This document shows, one piece after another, positions 25,580-40,060 of a stretch of 64,000 nt of DNA. Where the stretch lies: the NCBI RefSeq assembly GCF_009914755.1, contig NC_060931.1. One strand, written 5' to 3'. Both the position numbers and the translations under genes were made by a program. Position 1 is the first letter of the stretch. Every line of letters starts with the position of its first letter. Origin of the DNA: the human T2T-CHM13v2.0 reference genome, Homo sapiens. Under the pieces are notes generated by a model. The model saw only the letters and a list, made by a program, of their open reading frames with translations. It did not search any database and had not been told where the DNA came from.

Positions 25580-25730
25580 TAGAATCATGGGCTTTTTGAA
25601 AAATGCCCATACTGAGGCTGAACCTCAGGGATTAATTTAATTGGTCTGGGGCAGGGCCTAGATATCCTGGAATTTTCAAAGCTCCCCAGGGAAACATAAC
25701 CTGCAGTAGGAGTTGACAGCTGCAGCCTTG
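25580..25730. mobile_element. MER5-type MITE fragment
   Basis: ttagaatca...aattggtctggggcagggcc...aaagctccccagg. Confidence 0.65.
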
Positions 25731-25969
25731 GGCTGTTAAAGTCTGGAGAAACATTGCTTAAAATACTTTATCATATGAATGTTGAAAGTCACTGAAGGAT
25801 TTATAATGCTTTGTAAAAGGATTAGACTAATCTTTCAGAGAGAACACTCCGGTAGCAATGAGGAAGAGGAAAATACCAGGCTATGGATATTACTATAATG
25901 TAAGCTATGGTTACTACTATAATGAAGACAATGGGTGCTACTATAATTTGGCTATGGGTAGTCTGTTCA

Positions 25970-26750
25970 CCCATGCATCCATCCTATCACCCAACAAATA
26001 TCTACTGAGTCTCTATTATTTAGGAGGCACATTGAATAAGATGAATAAGGCATATGATTTTTCCTCTCAAGAAATTTCCAGTGGAGAAAGTGGCAAGGAA
26101 ATTAATTGAAATAATGTGCAATAAGTAGAATATAAATGTAAAGGATACAATGGGAGTAGAAAGGAAAGACACCTAAAATCAGTGTGAATAGCCACAGTGT
26201 TGTAAAACACTCCCAAGGTGAGGGGGATCCCAAGCCAAAGAGGGAAGGTGTGGTCACGAAGAAAACAAGGCAGTGGATCATTCTAGGCTGTGAGGACTCC
26301 ATATCCTGTTTCTGTAAAGTTAAGCAATGCAGTAAGGCTAAAAAAGAGAAACTGTGGGTACCTGACAACAGTCCAAGCTGGAAATAACACAGAAAAAGAG
26401 TGTCAACTGAACAGTGAGGTAAGGTGACACCATCATTTAACTTTAACAATTGAACTGGCATGATCAGATTTGTGTTAGGGAGAGAAAAATCAGGTAGGGG
26501 GACAACTTAGGAGACAGTTCCAATAGACCAGGTGAGGAACAGTGAGGAACAGTGGAGGAGATGGACAGAGGAAGAGATTTCATATATTCAGTGTTAGAAC
26601 TGGTTTTGAGCTAATACACTTGACATGGAGGAGTGAAAGAAAACAAAGTTTAGAATTCAGTGGGAATGTTAATGTAATACTGCTTAGATGAGAACTGAAG
26701 AACAGAGGTAGGGTTTGAGTAGCCTATAAAAACATCCACATTTGGTGATT
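25970..26750 (-). mobile_element. L2 fragments
   Basis: caacaaatatctactgagt...catgatcagatttgtgtt. Confidence 0.55.
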
Positions 26751-26779
26751 ACACTAAATATTTGAAAGATTAAAAGTGA

Positions 26780-28060
26780 ATCAATTATATTAAAATAAGT
26801 ATCCACTAAGATTGTCATATTTCTTCAAGAACGGTTCATAGTAAAAATGTGATTAACATATCACTTCAATAGTCCAAACATTTTGAAACCATAAACTGAT
26901 GTTAATACATGCCAAATAAACAGCATTCCTAACAGGTGAAAAATTAATGACAGTCCCACTGAAAGCTAGACCAAAATTTTAAAATGCCACTTTACTTTTA
27001 GATACTACATTCCATCAGAAAACCAGAATGACCTGAGTAACTAATTATTTGCCAATAAGGGAGTCTGGTAAATTCAACAGATACAGTTAAATTTGCAAAA
27101 AATCAACAGCTTTCCTGTATAGTAAGAATAATTGTTTAAGGTAACAGAAAAATCCACTGGCAAAAGCAATCACAAACTAAAATACAAAAAAAAGGGCTCA
27201 AAGATTCTATATAAAGAAAACAAATCTTTACTGAGATTTAAAGGATGGCTTAAAAATTGGAGAGACATACCATATGTTTCTAGATGGGAAGCTGATGTCA
27301 GTTCTCAAATCCACATGCACAGTTATTGCAGATCCAGTAACTACAACAGACTATGCCTAGATAAGATACTTAAGCCATATAAAGTTACAAGAAAATAAAG
27401 GTAAAAATCTAAGCTCTTGACAGAGAAGGACTTTCCAGGCAAAGGAGATGACAAAAAGTCAACAATTTTAAATAGACAAAATTTCTGTTTATCAAAATAG
27501 ATTCTCAAGAAAATTGAAAAGCCAACAAATGGGAAGAAAATGGCACCACATGAAATGAACAAAAAGTTAATAACTTTATTAGAGTTAGATCTCAGTATAA
27601 TGAAGGTCAGAAAACACGAACAATTCACGAATTGCTAAATTATTTCAAATGTCCAATTGTTCTAGTAATGAAAAGAAAGCATATTAAAGTAAGTTATTTG
27701 TATTGATTAAATGAACAAAGATTTGAAAATTATAGTATTAAATGCTAGAAAGGACACGGTGATATGGAAACGTGGTGAACATGTTTCCATATCATGGAAA
27801 CTGGTAGAGCATTTCTGAAAAACCCCTTAGCCTAAGGCCTAAAGACTGTTTATACTACTTAAATCAGTAACTCCTTTTCTATAATAAATCAATCTTTAGA
27901 AGGTAATAATATCCGTGTTCATTTACTTAATGCTATTAATTACAGCACTAAATTATCAGCACTAAACTGCTGATAATATGAAAATGGAGACATTGTTTAA
28001 ACTTTAAAGATACCTTCGGAAAAGATAGAAAAGATAAATGGATCACTTTAATACTGTGCA
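26780..28060 (+). mobile_element. Ancient L1M ORF2/3' remnants
   Basis: aaaaatcaacagctttcctgtata, aaaattggagagacataccatatg motifs. Confidence 0.55.
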
Positions 28061-28809
28061 TTAAACACTATGAAACAATGAAGAGGGTGTCTTGGCACAA
28101 AAGAAGGAATATAACCCAGACCAGAAGTTCAAAAAAGGCTTCCTAAAAGAGCTGTAGGATTCATACAAACTATTTTTATTTGTTTACACACATCCTTTAT
28201 GTTGTGCAGTGAACAAGTATTGCTTTTTCAGGCATTGCTTTAATCACAGAAAAGGGTTGGCATAAAAAGTACCTTTTTAAAACCTTCTTTTCTACTTGTA
28301 GCAAACTACTTTTCCATAACTGTACTTCAAATTATCATCCCAGTTTTCTTGCAAAGCTTTCCTTAAATTACCTTTCACATTTTAAAGAAATGAAGACAGC
28401 TAGCTCTTACTAGTTTTGTTCCCTGATGTTTGGCATTCACATTTTCCTTCACCTTGTTTGTTCTGACAATAGACGAATTATAAATTTATGTCTGCTTAGC
28501 TTTCTGTCTTGCATAAACTTTATATATTATAGGTCAAAGTTTTTATTAATAGGCTACAAAAAAATGAAAAATAGCTAGAAAAATCAGTGTAGTTCAGAGA
28601 CACTAAAGTCTTGCAAGCATTTTAGATTTTAAAATAAAAAAGAGAAAGAATAACTTTTCAATTACATTTTCAATTTCAATCACTATTGCCATATATATTA
28701 ATCTCTAAAAGTCTAAATTATTGAAAGTTGATTTTGAAGTTAAAAATTAATTTGCTAAAATTTATTCAAGTCTCTTCAACAACAAATATATATATATAGA
28801 CATAGATAG

Positions 28810-28812
<3 letters not shown>

Positions 28813-28857
<45 letters not shown>
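28813..28857. repeat. (CA)n microsatellite
   Basis: About 22 uninterrupted units. Confidence 0.97.
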
Positions 28858-28861
<4 letters not shown>

Positions 28862-29789
28862 GAAACAAAAGAACTGACAAAAAAGTCATCTCAAACCAAT
28901 TTACTTTCTTTAAAATGTAAAGAGCTGTATTTTTTTCTTTTCTATAAATGGAACAACGTGTTAACACAGGCTTATATTTAGCCATGAGAACCAGAACCAT
29001 TTCCAAGAAAAAGTTAGTTAAGACAGTTTTCTAGGCCTGAATTCTTCCTTCATTTATTTTGGGATCAGTTTGTTTAATAAAAGCATAGGTTATAAATGTT
29101 CTACCAATTATGGTTTGCCCAATTACCATAATCTTTGCTATAGAGTACATTTCTTATCAATTCTGCAGTCTAATTTCACATCTGATATGCTCTCTGATCC
29201 TCAAGTTATTTAGAAGAATGTTTAGTTTCTGTTAGATTAGAATTTTTAGTTATTCTGAATTTCTAGTTTAAATGGATGTAGGAAAGCAAATAAAGACTGA
29301 ATTATTTCTACTCTTGAGAATTTATTAACTTTCCTTTGAGGCCTACAATATATATTTAATGTATCTAACTGTTTCATGAGCACCTAATTTACATTACCTT
29401 TTTAATAAGATGGTATGTGTCTGTGTGCATATCTATATCCACAAATAATTAATATATAACCACTCAAGCTTTTTGAGGGTGATGGCCAAATTTCCTAAAA
29501 TTACTTACTTTTGCTCATTTTTTCTGTTAAATTCTCAAAGAATTGTGTTAGTCTCTCAACTATGTGTGTTTTTTTTAAAATACAAAATTAACCTACTTCT
29601 AGAAGTTTTCATTTTATATATTCAGTTGCTAGGTTGTTTTGTGTTATAAAAGTTTTATGGAAATTATATTCATTCTGGGTACACCGTGTCTTTTATCCAA
29701 TGGCGATATTAAAAACATTTAACAAACAGTGCAGCACAATGTTTGTGAAGAGTCTAAGAGTCTAAGCCTAAGACTAAAGTCTTAGACTA

Positions 29790-30140
29790 TTTGCAAGATA
29801 ACAAATTAGTCTGCCATAGCGTCATAGACGCTGACACAATTCATGAGGCTCCTGGGTCAGAGATAAAGGATGTTACTGTTCACAACACAGAAGGCAGCAA
29901 TAGCTTCATGTTCCCATGGGCTGTCTTTGCTGCCAGATCCCAAAGGGTGATTCAAGGTAGCCCAGGGGGATGCTGCATCTAAAGTGCATCTGTGTCACAC
30001 CTGAGAAAACTCAGAGCCCAGGAAATACCAATTATTTTAAAGGAGCTACTAGCAAATCTACCCAAACTTTGCCCAAGAGAAAGGCAACATATTTATTTGG
30101 TACCCTGGTTAGAAAACAAATTCACCCTCTGTGCCATATT
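29790..30140. mobile_element. ERVL-class LTR fragment (family uncertain)
   Basis: ctcctgggtcagagataaagga...cacagaaggcagca resembles old ERVL LTRs. Confidence 0.4.
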
Positions 30141-30630
30141 TCTTTTGTACTTGTGGTTACCTTTAATTTAGCATATCTGAACCTATATTTGATTATCACC
30201 ATCCAGAATTAACACTATAAATGATATCTCCCCCTAATAAAACATGACCATAAGCATGGTTTTAATTTCCAATCCCTGTCACCTTCCTGGATTGTATTGA
30301 TGTTAGATTTTCAGTTTTTTTAATTAGCAGTACAGCTCTTGAATTTTGAAAATCTTTTCCTAACAATTGCATTAAGTTTCACAACTTTCTTAGGAAGTCA
30401 TTCAAATTTAATCATAAGTTCTGCTAGTTTCAATGTCTGCTGTGATTCCTTCCATTCCACTCCTTTCTCTGTTCCTATAAGTTGTTTTCATTTGGTACAG
30501 TATTTATTCAAGTTCAAAAATTTTTTTCTAGAGAAGTTAGATGGGCATATACTTTCTTAGGTCTACATAATAACAACAAAAAGGAGGGTTTTTTAAATAT
30601 TGTTTCATTCACCTATTGTTATATACCAAC

Positions 30631-30999
30631 TATATGGTTTGGCTGTGTCCCCACCCAAATCTCATATTGAATTGTAGCTCCCATAATCCCCAGGTGTCAT
30701 GAGAGGGACCTGGAGCAAGGTAATAAAATCATGTGGGGCAGGTTTTTCCCATGCTGTTCTCATGATAGTGAATAAATCTCATGAGATCTGATGGCTTTAT
30801 AAAGGGCAGATCCCCTACACATGCTCTCTTGCATGCTGCCATGTAAGACATGCCTTTGCTCTTCCTTCATCTTCTGCCATGATTGTGAGGGCTCCACAGC
30901 CATGAGGAACTATCAGTCCATTAAACCTATTTTTCTTTATAAAGTAACTACAACAGTATAGGTGATTTCTTCATAGTGGTATGAAAATGTACTAATACA
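30631..30999 (+). mobile_element. THE1 LTR 1 (THE1B-like), 5' LTR
   Basis: atatggtttggctgtgtccccacccaaatctc...ctaataca; preceded by CCAAC. Confidence 0.92.
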
Positions 31000-32056
<1,057 letters not shown>

Positions 32057-32430
32057 TGATACAGTTTGGCTATGTCCCCACCCAAATGTCATCTTGAACT
32101 GTAGTTCTTATAATTCCCATGTGTCATGGGAGGGAACTGGTGGGAGGTAAGTGAATCATGGAGGTGGTTACCTCCATGCTATTCTCATGATAGTGAGCGA
32201 GTTCTCATGAGATCTGATGGTTTTATAATAGGCTTTCCCCCACTTCCCTCTGCACTTCTCCTTGCAGCCACCTTGAGAAGAAGAGCATGTTTGTTCCCCT
32301 TCCGCCCTGCTTGTAAGTTTCCTGAGGCCTCCTAGCCCTGTGGAACTGTGAATCAATTAAACCTCTCTCCTTTATAAATTACCCAGTCTCACGTATGTCT
32401 TTATTAGCAGCATGAGAATGGACTAATACA
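32057..32430 (+). mobile_element. THE1 LTR 2 (THE1C-like)
   Basis: ggttacctccatgct, gtgagcgagttctc, tgtaagtttcctgagg distinguish it from LTR1/LTR3. Confidence 0.88.
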
Positions 32431-33414
32431 GTAAACTGGTACCCATAGAGTGGGGTGCTGCTATAACGATACGCAAAAATGTGAACTTGACTTTGGAACT
32501 GGGTAACAGGCAGAGGTTGGAATAGTTCAGAGGGGTCAGAAGACAGGAAAATGTGGGAAAGTTTGGAACTTCCTAGAGACTTCGGGGGCTCAGAAGACAA
32601 GAAAATGTAGGAAAGTTTGGAGCTTCCTAGAGACTTGTTGAATGGCTTTGACCAAAATGCTGATAGTGATATGGACAATAAAGTCCAGGCTGAGGTGGTC
32701 TCAGATGGAGATAAGGAACCTGTTGGAAGCTGGAGTAAAGGTCACTCTTACTATACAAAGAAACTGGTGGCATTTTGCCCCTGCCCTAGAGATCTGTGGA
32801 ACTTTGAACTTGAGAGAGATGATTTAGGGAATCTGGTGGAAGAAATCTCTAAGTAGCAAAGTGTTCAAGAGGAAGCAGAACATAAAAGTTTGGAAAACTA
32901 GCTGCCTGATGATATAATAGAAAAGAAAAAGAAAAGAAAAACTGATTTTCTGGGGAGAAAGTCAAGCCTGTTGCAAAAATTTGCCCAAGTAACATGGAGC
33001 CCAATGTTAATCACCAAGACAATGGGGTAAATGTCTCCAGGGCATATCAGATACCTTCCCAGCAGTCCCTCCCATCATAGGCCCAGAGGCCTGGAAGGAA
33101 AAAATGGTTTTGTGGACCTGGCCCAGTGACCCTTTGCTGTGTGCCACCTAGGGACTTGGTGCCCTGTGTCCCAGCTGCTCCAGCCACAGCTAAAGGACCA
33201 AGGTATAGCTTGGGTTGTGGCCTCACGGGGTGCAAGCCCCAAGCCTTGGCAGCTTCTGTGTGGTGTTGAGCCTGTGGGTGCACAGAAGTCAAGAATTGAG
33301 GTTTGGGACTTTTGAATTAATGCTGAAATGAGTTAAGACTCTGGGGACTGTTGGGAAGGCATGATTAGTTTTAAAATGTGACGACATGAAACTTGGGAGG
33401 GACCAGGGGTGGAA
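32431..33414 (+). mobile_element. THE1 internal region with internal deletion (~33310) and PPT
   Basis: gtaaactggtacc start; jump gaggtttgggact/tttgaattaatgctg; purine tract gggagggaccaggggtggaa before LTR 3. Confidence 0.9.
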
Positions 33415-33770
33415 TGATACAGTTTGGCTGTGTCCCCACCCAAATCTCATCTTGAATTGTAGATCCCCACATGTCATGGGAGGGACCTGGTAGGAAGTAA
33501 TTGAATCATGGCAGTGGGTTTTTCCCATGCTCTTCTTGTGATAGTGAATAAGTCCCACAAGATCTGATGGTTTCACTAAGGGCAGTCCCTCTGCACACAC
33601 TCTCTTGTCTGCCACCACGTAAGATGTACCTTCGCTTCTCCTTTGCCTTCTGCTGTGATTGTGAGGCCTCCCCAGCCATGTGGAACTGTGAGTCCATTAA
33701 ACCTATTTTTTTTTATAAATTATCCAGTCTTGGGTATTTCCTCTTAGCAGTATGAAAATGGACTAATACA
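33415..33770 (+). mobile_element. THE1 LTR 3 (THE1B-like), 3' LTR
   Basis: tgatacagtttggctgtgtcc...ggactaataca followed by CCAAC. Confidence 0.92.
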
Positions 33771-34856
33771 CCAACCAACCACAGAATCTCAGTGCACACA
33801 ACAATAAGCCTTTGTTCCCACACTTTAGGTGGGACAGCTCTACTTCAGGCTGCAGGCCAACTAGGGTGACTATTCTACTGGTCTCATTTTGGATCAGGTG
33901 CAAAGAGTGGAAGCTAGCAAGACATTCTTCTTGTGGTGGAGGTCAGCAGCTCTCAGGGAACCAAGCCCAACCATATAGCACATTTCAAGCCTCTGCTCAT
34001 ATCATACCCACAGACATTTCATTGGATAAAGCAAGTCAAAAGGCCAAGCTCAAATCTGCCCTCTCAAAAAGGGCAGAAAAATAAATTCTGCCCAGAGTGG
34101 ACAAGAAAGAGAGTGAGCATTTGCTGAACAATAATCTAAACTACAATACTCATCCATAATATAGAACTGAGTATAGACTTCTTGGTTCACAAACTTTGTT
34201 TCCCCCCTTTCTAATAGTACTTCAACATCTTCGAAAGTTGAATGTCACAGCAAGCAAAGCCCACTGCAGGAAATCACGATTCTCACAGGTAGAATCCATT
34301 GATGAGTCTTCCAAGGGACTTCATTTTGTTGTCCTATGCTCTGTCCTCCCCCTCTCCCTATCATGCTCCAATATCTTGCTACTATATACCTATGGACTAT
34401 TTACTTCTGGATGAGTCCCATCCATTGACTTCCTAGGTAGCCATTCCTTGCCTGTGTTGAATCAAAGACCAGTCAGCTCTGATGGGCATTTCTCTTATTC
34501 TCTCTGTTGCAGAAATGCTAAAAAATTCCTCAAAGTCTCAGGCTACTTGGTGGCATCCTTCCATGTTGCCATTTTCTAATTTTTATGTAATTTTTGGTTC
34601 TTTCCATAATTTTAGGAGAAAAGAGGTATGTAGTCTCAACTTATCCTGAAATCAGAGGTCCAAAAGAGAGACTATATTTTTTAAAATCTTATTTCTGTAC
34701 ACATATAATTTTACATAAAAATATAAATATAATCACAATCATGATTCTTTACCATGTGCACTTGTTTTCTTTTCTGCTTGATTCCATTGAAGGTCCTTTA
34801 CTGAACTTCTGTATACTGAGTCTTCTAACTAACCCAGAGCAACATCCCCCTCTCTG

Positions 34857-36144
34857 CAACTGCTAACAACTGATGATACAACTTTGAATATTTTGCTCCA
34901 TACTCATAATTCTAGAGATATAAATATGCATCCAACTATATAAATTACAATAAAATAATTTTTAATCACAGCTACTGTTTTTAAAAAGGTGGGAAATTAC
35001 CCTGCCTTTGTTAGACTATACATCTAATATTAATACCTCCAGGAACCACCACCACCACCCTGTCCCATCAATAATCCGATTTAGCCCATTCTGGGTTTGT
35101 TTGTTTGTTTGGAGACAGGGTCTTCCTCTATCTAGAGTGCAGCCTCAACCTCCAGGGCTCAAGTCTCAGCCTCACAAATAGCTGAGACTACATGTGTGTG
35201 TCTCCACACCACTAATTTTTATTATTTTTTATTTTTTGAGAGAGAGAGTCTCACTATGCTGCCCAGCTGGTCTCTAACTCCTGGGCACAAGCAGTTCTTC
35301 CACCTCAGCCTCCCAAAGTGTTAGCCGTTCTTTTAAGGGCTGTATAATAGTATATGGTATGTGGCTGCACCACGATTTACACTCTATTCCCTCTGACAGC
35401 GTTTATATTGGTTTTGGTTTTATGTGACTACAAACAATGCAAAAATCACTCTTACACATGTATTCTTATTTAAGGCTGCTTTTATTCTATGGGATTAAGT
35501 TTCATATGTGGGAGTGCTGAGTCAAAGTGTAGAGGCATTTAATTTCAATACATTTTGACAAAACACTTTGTAGAAAATCATATATAAGAATACTTTCTTA
35601 CCACACTCATGATTATTAATTAATACTTTCTTACCACACTCATGACTAAAATACTATTAATCTGATGGACAGAAAGTAACCTTTGTTGTTACTTTAATTT
35701 GAATCTTTTCATAAACTTGTTGATCATTTCAATTTGTTGTCCTTTGAACTATTTTTGGTTTTTACCCATTATCCTATTAAAATATCTTTTCCTTATTTAT
35801 TATAAGAGGATTTTCCATGCAATTGCTATAAATACTTTGCCATCTACATTACATATACAAGGGGATTATTATTGTCTTAGCCTATTGAACTTGTTTATAG
35901 CCTCTTCTGCCATTCAAAAGACTTATTTGACAAACTCAAATATTTTCTCTTTCACAGTTTGTGTTTCTACTAGCCCCTAAATCCAAGATTCTGTCTTATT
36001 TTTAATTTGTCTTATCCCATTTATACTTCACTGTATTGTAATACATAAGAGATTTCACATTTATTTCCTTCAACTGCTAACAACTGATGATACAACTTTG
36101 AATATTTTGTTCCATACTCATAATTCCAGAGATACAAATATGCA
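34857..36144. repeat. Dispersed 74-bp direct repeat (34857-34930, 36071-36144)
   Basis: 71/74 identical by eye. Confidence 0.93.
35096..35322 (-). mobile_element. Degenerate AluJ with deletions
   Basis: gagacagggtct...gcagcctcaacctcc...ctcccaaagtg. Confidence 0.85.
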
Positions 36145-36958
36145 ACACTCATAAATAATGTATCCTTTCTTAATCTATCCTTTTCCTAATCAATTGTCAC
36201 CATCATGTTCAGTTCTATTATATACAAGAATATATTTCTAAATTTTATTTCACTGACCTACTTATTTTTAATACTATATTGATTGTAATGAATTTACACT
36301 GTTTTATTTAGAAAATCTGATTTGAGTAACCAATTTATCCCTCAGTAAATTTTCTTTCTTAGGCATTTAATCTTCCACATAACCTTTATAATTTTTCCAT
36401 CCTATTTCAAAAATAACCACGGTGAAATATGAAATAAAAAGGCTTTAATTCTGTCTATTTATTTTGGGTGTCTTGACATTTACATGCTACTGAATCTTTC
36501 ATCTAAGGACATGAAATGTCAATCCATTTGTTCAGATTTTATGACAGAAAAATTTTAGTTTTCATCACATAGGTCTTATGCTTATCTTGCTGAATTTCTC
36601 ACTATTTTACAGTTGTATCATATTATTCTAAATAATTATTTACATTTTCATTTCTAAATGCTTAGTGTGAGAATAAAGAAAAGCTATTGATATTGTGTAT
36701 TTACCTTATATCTAGCAACCTTAGCAAATTTCCATAATTCTACTTTTTAAAAAAATTAGACTCCTTGGGATTTTCAGGGACAAAATAACACATTAGTAAG
36801 AGGGATAATCTCCTCTTGCCATGTCTTTGTGGCTATTTTGCTAATCCATTTGCTAAAATCTTCATAGAATTGTTAAATAACAGTATAGTTCAGTATCCTG
36901 CTCATTACTGAAACACCAGTAGCAAATCTTTATTCTAAATGTTAAAAATTGGCTTTTA

Positions 36959-37184
36959 AGCCTGGGCAACATGGTGAAACCCCATCTCTACAACAACAAC
37001 AACAAAAATTAGCACGGTGTAGTGATGCATGTCTGCGGTCCCAGCTACTCAGGATGCTAAGGTGGGAGAATCATTTGAACCAGGGATGTTGAGGCTGCAG
37101 TGAGGCATGTTCATGCCATTGCACTCCACCCTGGGTGACAGAGTGAGACCCTGTCTCAGCAACAACAACAACAACAACAAAAAA
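36959..37184 (+). mobile_element. 5'-truncated AluJ with (CAA)n tail
   Basis: agcctgggcaacatggtgaaac...gttgaggctgcagtga. Confidence 0.9.
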
Positions 37185-37562
37185 TTGAGTTTTAATTTCC
37201 TTCTTTGCTTAGTCTTCATTGGAAATGATAGATAAAATTATAGCACATCAACAGATACTAAGAAAGTATTTGGTCATCTGAACCAAATGTACTGATACAT
37301 GGATTTTCTGTTTTAGTCACATTTTATTATTTTTTAATATTTTAGCTGATATGTTGTTTGGTACATCCATATTTTAAAACTTATCTTTAAAGTAAATTTG
37401 CCTTTTATTTCTACTCAGTATTCCTTTTTATACTATTTCTCCTTTTCTTATATTGACTCTATTGAATGACTCATTTTGCATTTCCCAGTATTATTTATAT
37501 GCATTTCTGTATTTCAAACGTTCTTATAAACTCACTAATGACAAAACAATAAACAGCATATA

Positions 37563-37768
<206 letters not shown>

Positions 37769-37970
37769 CCAGCATATAGCTAGGTTTACTTTTGTAACCC
37801 AGTCTGATATCTGGCTTGTAATTTTGTTATTCAATCTGTTTGTATTTAATATAATAACTATTGTGGTTGATTTTATTCCTTCCATCTTACTTTGTGTTTA
37901 TTAGTCATTTTATATTGTTTCTTGTTCCTTTTCCTTATGTTTGAGGGGCTGATCAAGTTACTATTTTTCC

Positions 37971-38543
37971 TGCCGCAGCGTTCCTCACATGGGGCACCAA
38001 CTGTGGTAGCACTCCTCTCACAGGAGCACCAGCTGTGGGGGTGTCTGTCCCTTGCAGACCCTTGACCTGGTGATGGATGAATAATGTACACTGACACACA
38101 GATATTCTGTTTTGCCAGTCCAGCTGAGAGTGTCTGTCCACGCTGCTTACAGACTCCTTGCTGAGTGTTGTAAACAGTTGCTACCACGGCCCCAATCAGC
38201 TAGTGAGACCCACATTTATTCAGTAAGATTAATTAACAAAGGCTTGAGTCAAAACCATTAGAGGATAATTGACATTGTGGACTTTCCGAGTAAAAACCAC
38301 TTAAGCAACTGAGGTACATCAAAGGTTAGCCTTAAGACCACATGAGTAAGTGAGCTACCTAGGTAAACTACTCCGCCTTCCTTTGTACCAACTTTAAGCT
38401 ATTTACTAAAGGTAAGGATTAGGATGCCTTCGACCATATCTATTACCGATGTTATGCAAACTCTCAGGCCTTCCAAGAGGGCTTGCGGCTATTACTATAA
38501 CTATCTTTAATATTTTTCCCACTAACCTGATTGAACCCGAACA
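37971..38543 (-). mobile_element. LTR22 (HERV-K HML-5) solo LTR
   Basis: Minus strand begins TGTTCGGGTTCAATCAGG and ends GCGGCA; 6-bp TSD TTTTCC at 37965-37970 and 38544-38549; Met-type PBS copy near end. Confidence 0.85.
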
Positions 38544-38899
38544 TTTTCCCTCACTAAATTGGAAATTTTGTGTAGTGTTTCATTCCATTAGTAGTCACGT
38601 CTATTTAATTCTTCTTAAAATTAAATGGTATGACTCTATTCTTTGAAAATAAGATTATAACTTCCATTAAAATTATTTTTCCCACCATGACCCACTATTT
38701 ATCATCTCACATCCCCTAATAAGCTCAGTTTTTTAAAATATTGTTTATTTTCACTATCTCATCCTCCTCCCTAAGATCTTTTTAGAATGTTTCTACTTCT
38801 CTATTCACCATTCCCAACTTTCAGGTCGTTGGGTACTGTTTACTTTTAGATTTTTGAGGAAGTTTAATATATCTTTACTTTGCATTTAAATTACAAATC

Positions 38900-39850
38900 C
38901 CAAAACAGCTATCTCCATCCATGTACTTTCTAAATACATACGCACTCATGTGTTAAGATTTACTGTGCTTATTTCCTCTTCATGTTTTCCCACCTTGAAG
39001 TCTCTATTCTGGTTCATTTACTGTTTGATTCACATCTACTCTTGGATACAATATGTGGGTGATACTTTCTGAATGATTACATATCTCTCAAGTCCTTTTC
39101 TTAATCTAGGCAGGAAAATGATATAAGTTGAAAGTAAGATTCTTGGATTGTGGTCTATTTCTCTCAGTAGTGTGTGGATGCCCCATCTTCCTAACTTGCA
39201 GATGAGAAAACCAGTGCCAGGTTGGTTCTCACACTTCATCCTTTTCTTAAGGTAACTTTAGTATTTTTTTTTTCTGGAGCCATCTGTATATATCATTAGA
39301 GAATTTGAGAATTTTATCAGAATGTGTCTGGACATGGGTCTTTTCTCATCAGGTGAGTCTAGACCTTATTAAGCCTTTTTACTTTGCGGGCCAAAATCTT
39401 TCTTTAGCTCAGGTCAAGAATATTGTCTATTATATAATTATTACCTTTCCTATTTCCTATTTATGTTCCTTTTTCACCTTGTTGAACATCAATTATTTTC
39501 ATTTCAGGTCCCTGGAATCAAATCTCCAAGACTCTTATTTTTCCCCTCAAGATTTCTAACTTTTAATCATATTTTCATATTTATGCTCTGGGATTTGAGA
39601 TGTGTTTTACATTTGATCAACCAGAACAGTAAATCAGGTCTCAGCAGCTACCCTTTTTCCCTTGTGTTACTTAATTAGGAATCATGCTTAAAATGTTGTA
39701 GGTGCTACAGTTGAATCTCCCTAGGTATTATACTTTTATTTTTACTTTTTCAAATGTTCACGTCTCCTCCAACATTGCTACTTCACATCACACTTGTTCT
39801 GACTGTCTGGTGTTCCTCTATTTGCCTGCAGGACAAAGAGATTGTATGAT
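38900..39850 (-). mobile_element. Ancient L1M/HAL1 remnants
   Basis: Pyrimidine-rich with antisense ORF1-like motifs. Confidence 0.4.
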
Positions 39851-39899
39851 TTTGTATACTTATGTAGATTGTCATTTTGTGGAGGCTAAAGTCTGATTG

Positions 39900-40060
39900 T
39901 TAGTTCTCTAATTTGGCTTCATATTAGAATCACTTGGGGAGTTGTTCTGTGGTTTATTTAGTTTAAACTGATAATGCCCAGAACCAGTTTGATAAGAGTC
40001 TCTGGAGGAGGTACCCAGGCATTAGTACTTATGTAAATACCCCAGGTGAATTTTGAACTA
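39900..40060. mobile_element. MER5A-type MITE
   Basis: catattagaatcacttggggag...ccaggcattagt...cccaggtga. Confidence 0.65.

Noticed and set aside
29750-29790. Short hairpin CTAAGACT-AA-AGTCTTAG with ctaag repeats
   Set aside because: Arms too short to distinguish from a minor repair scar or chance.
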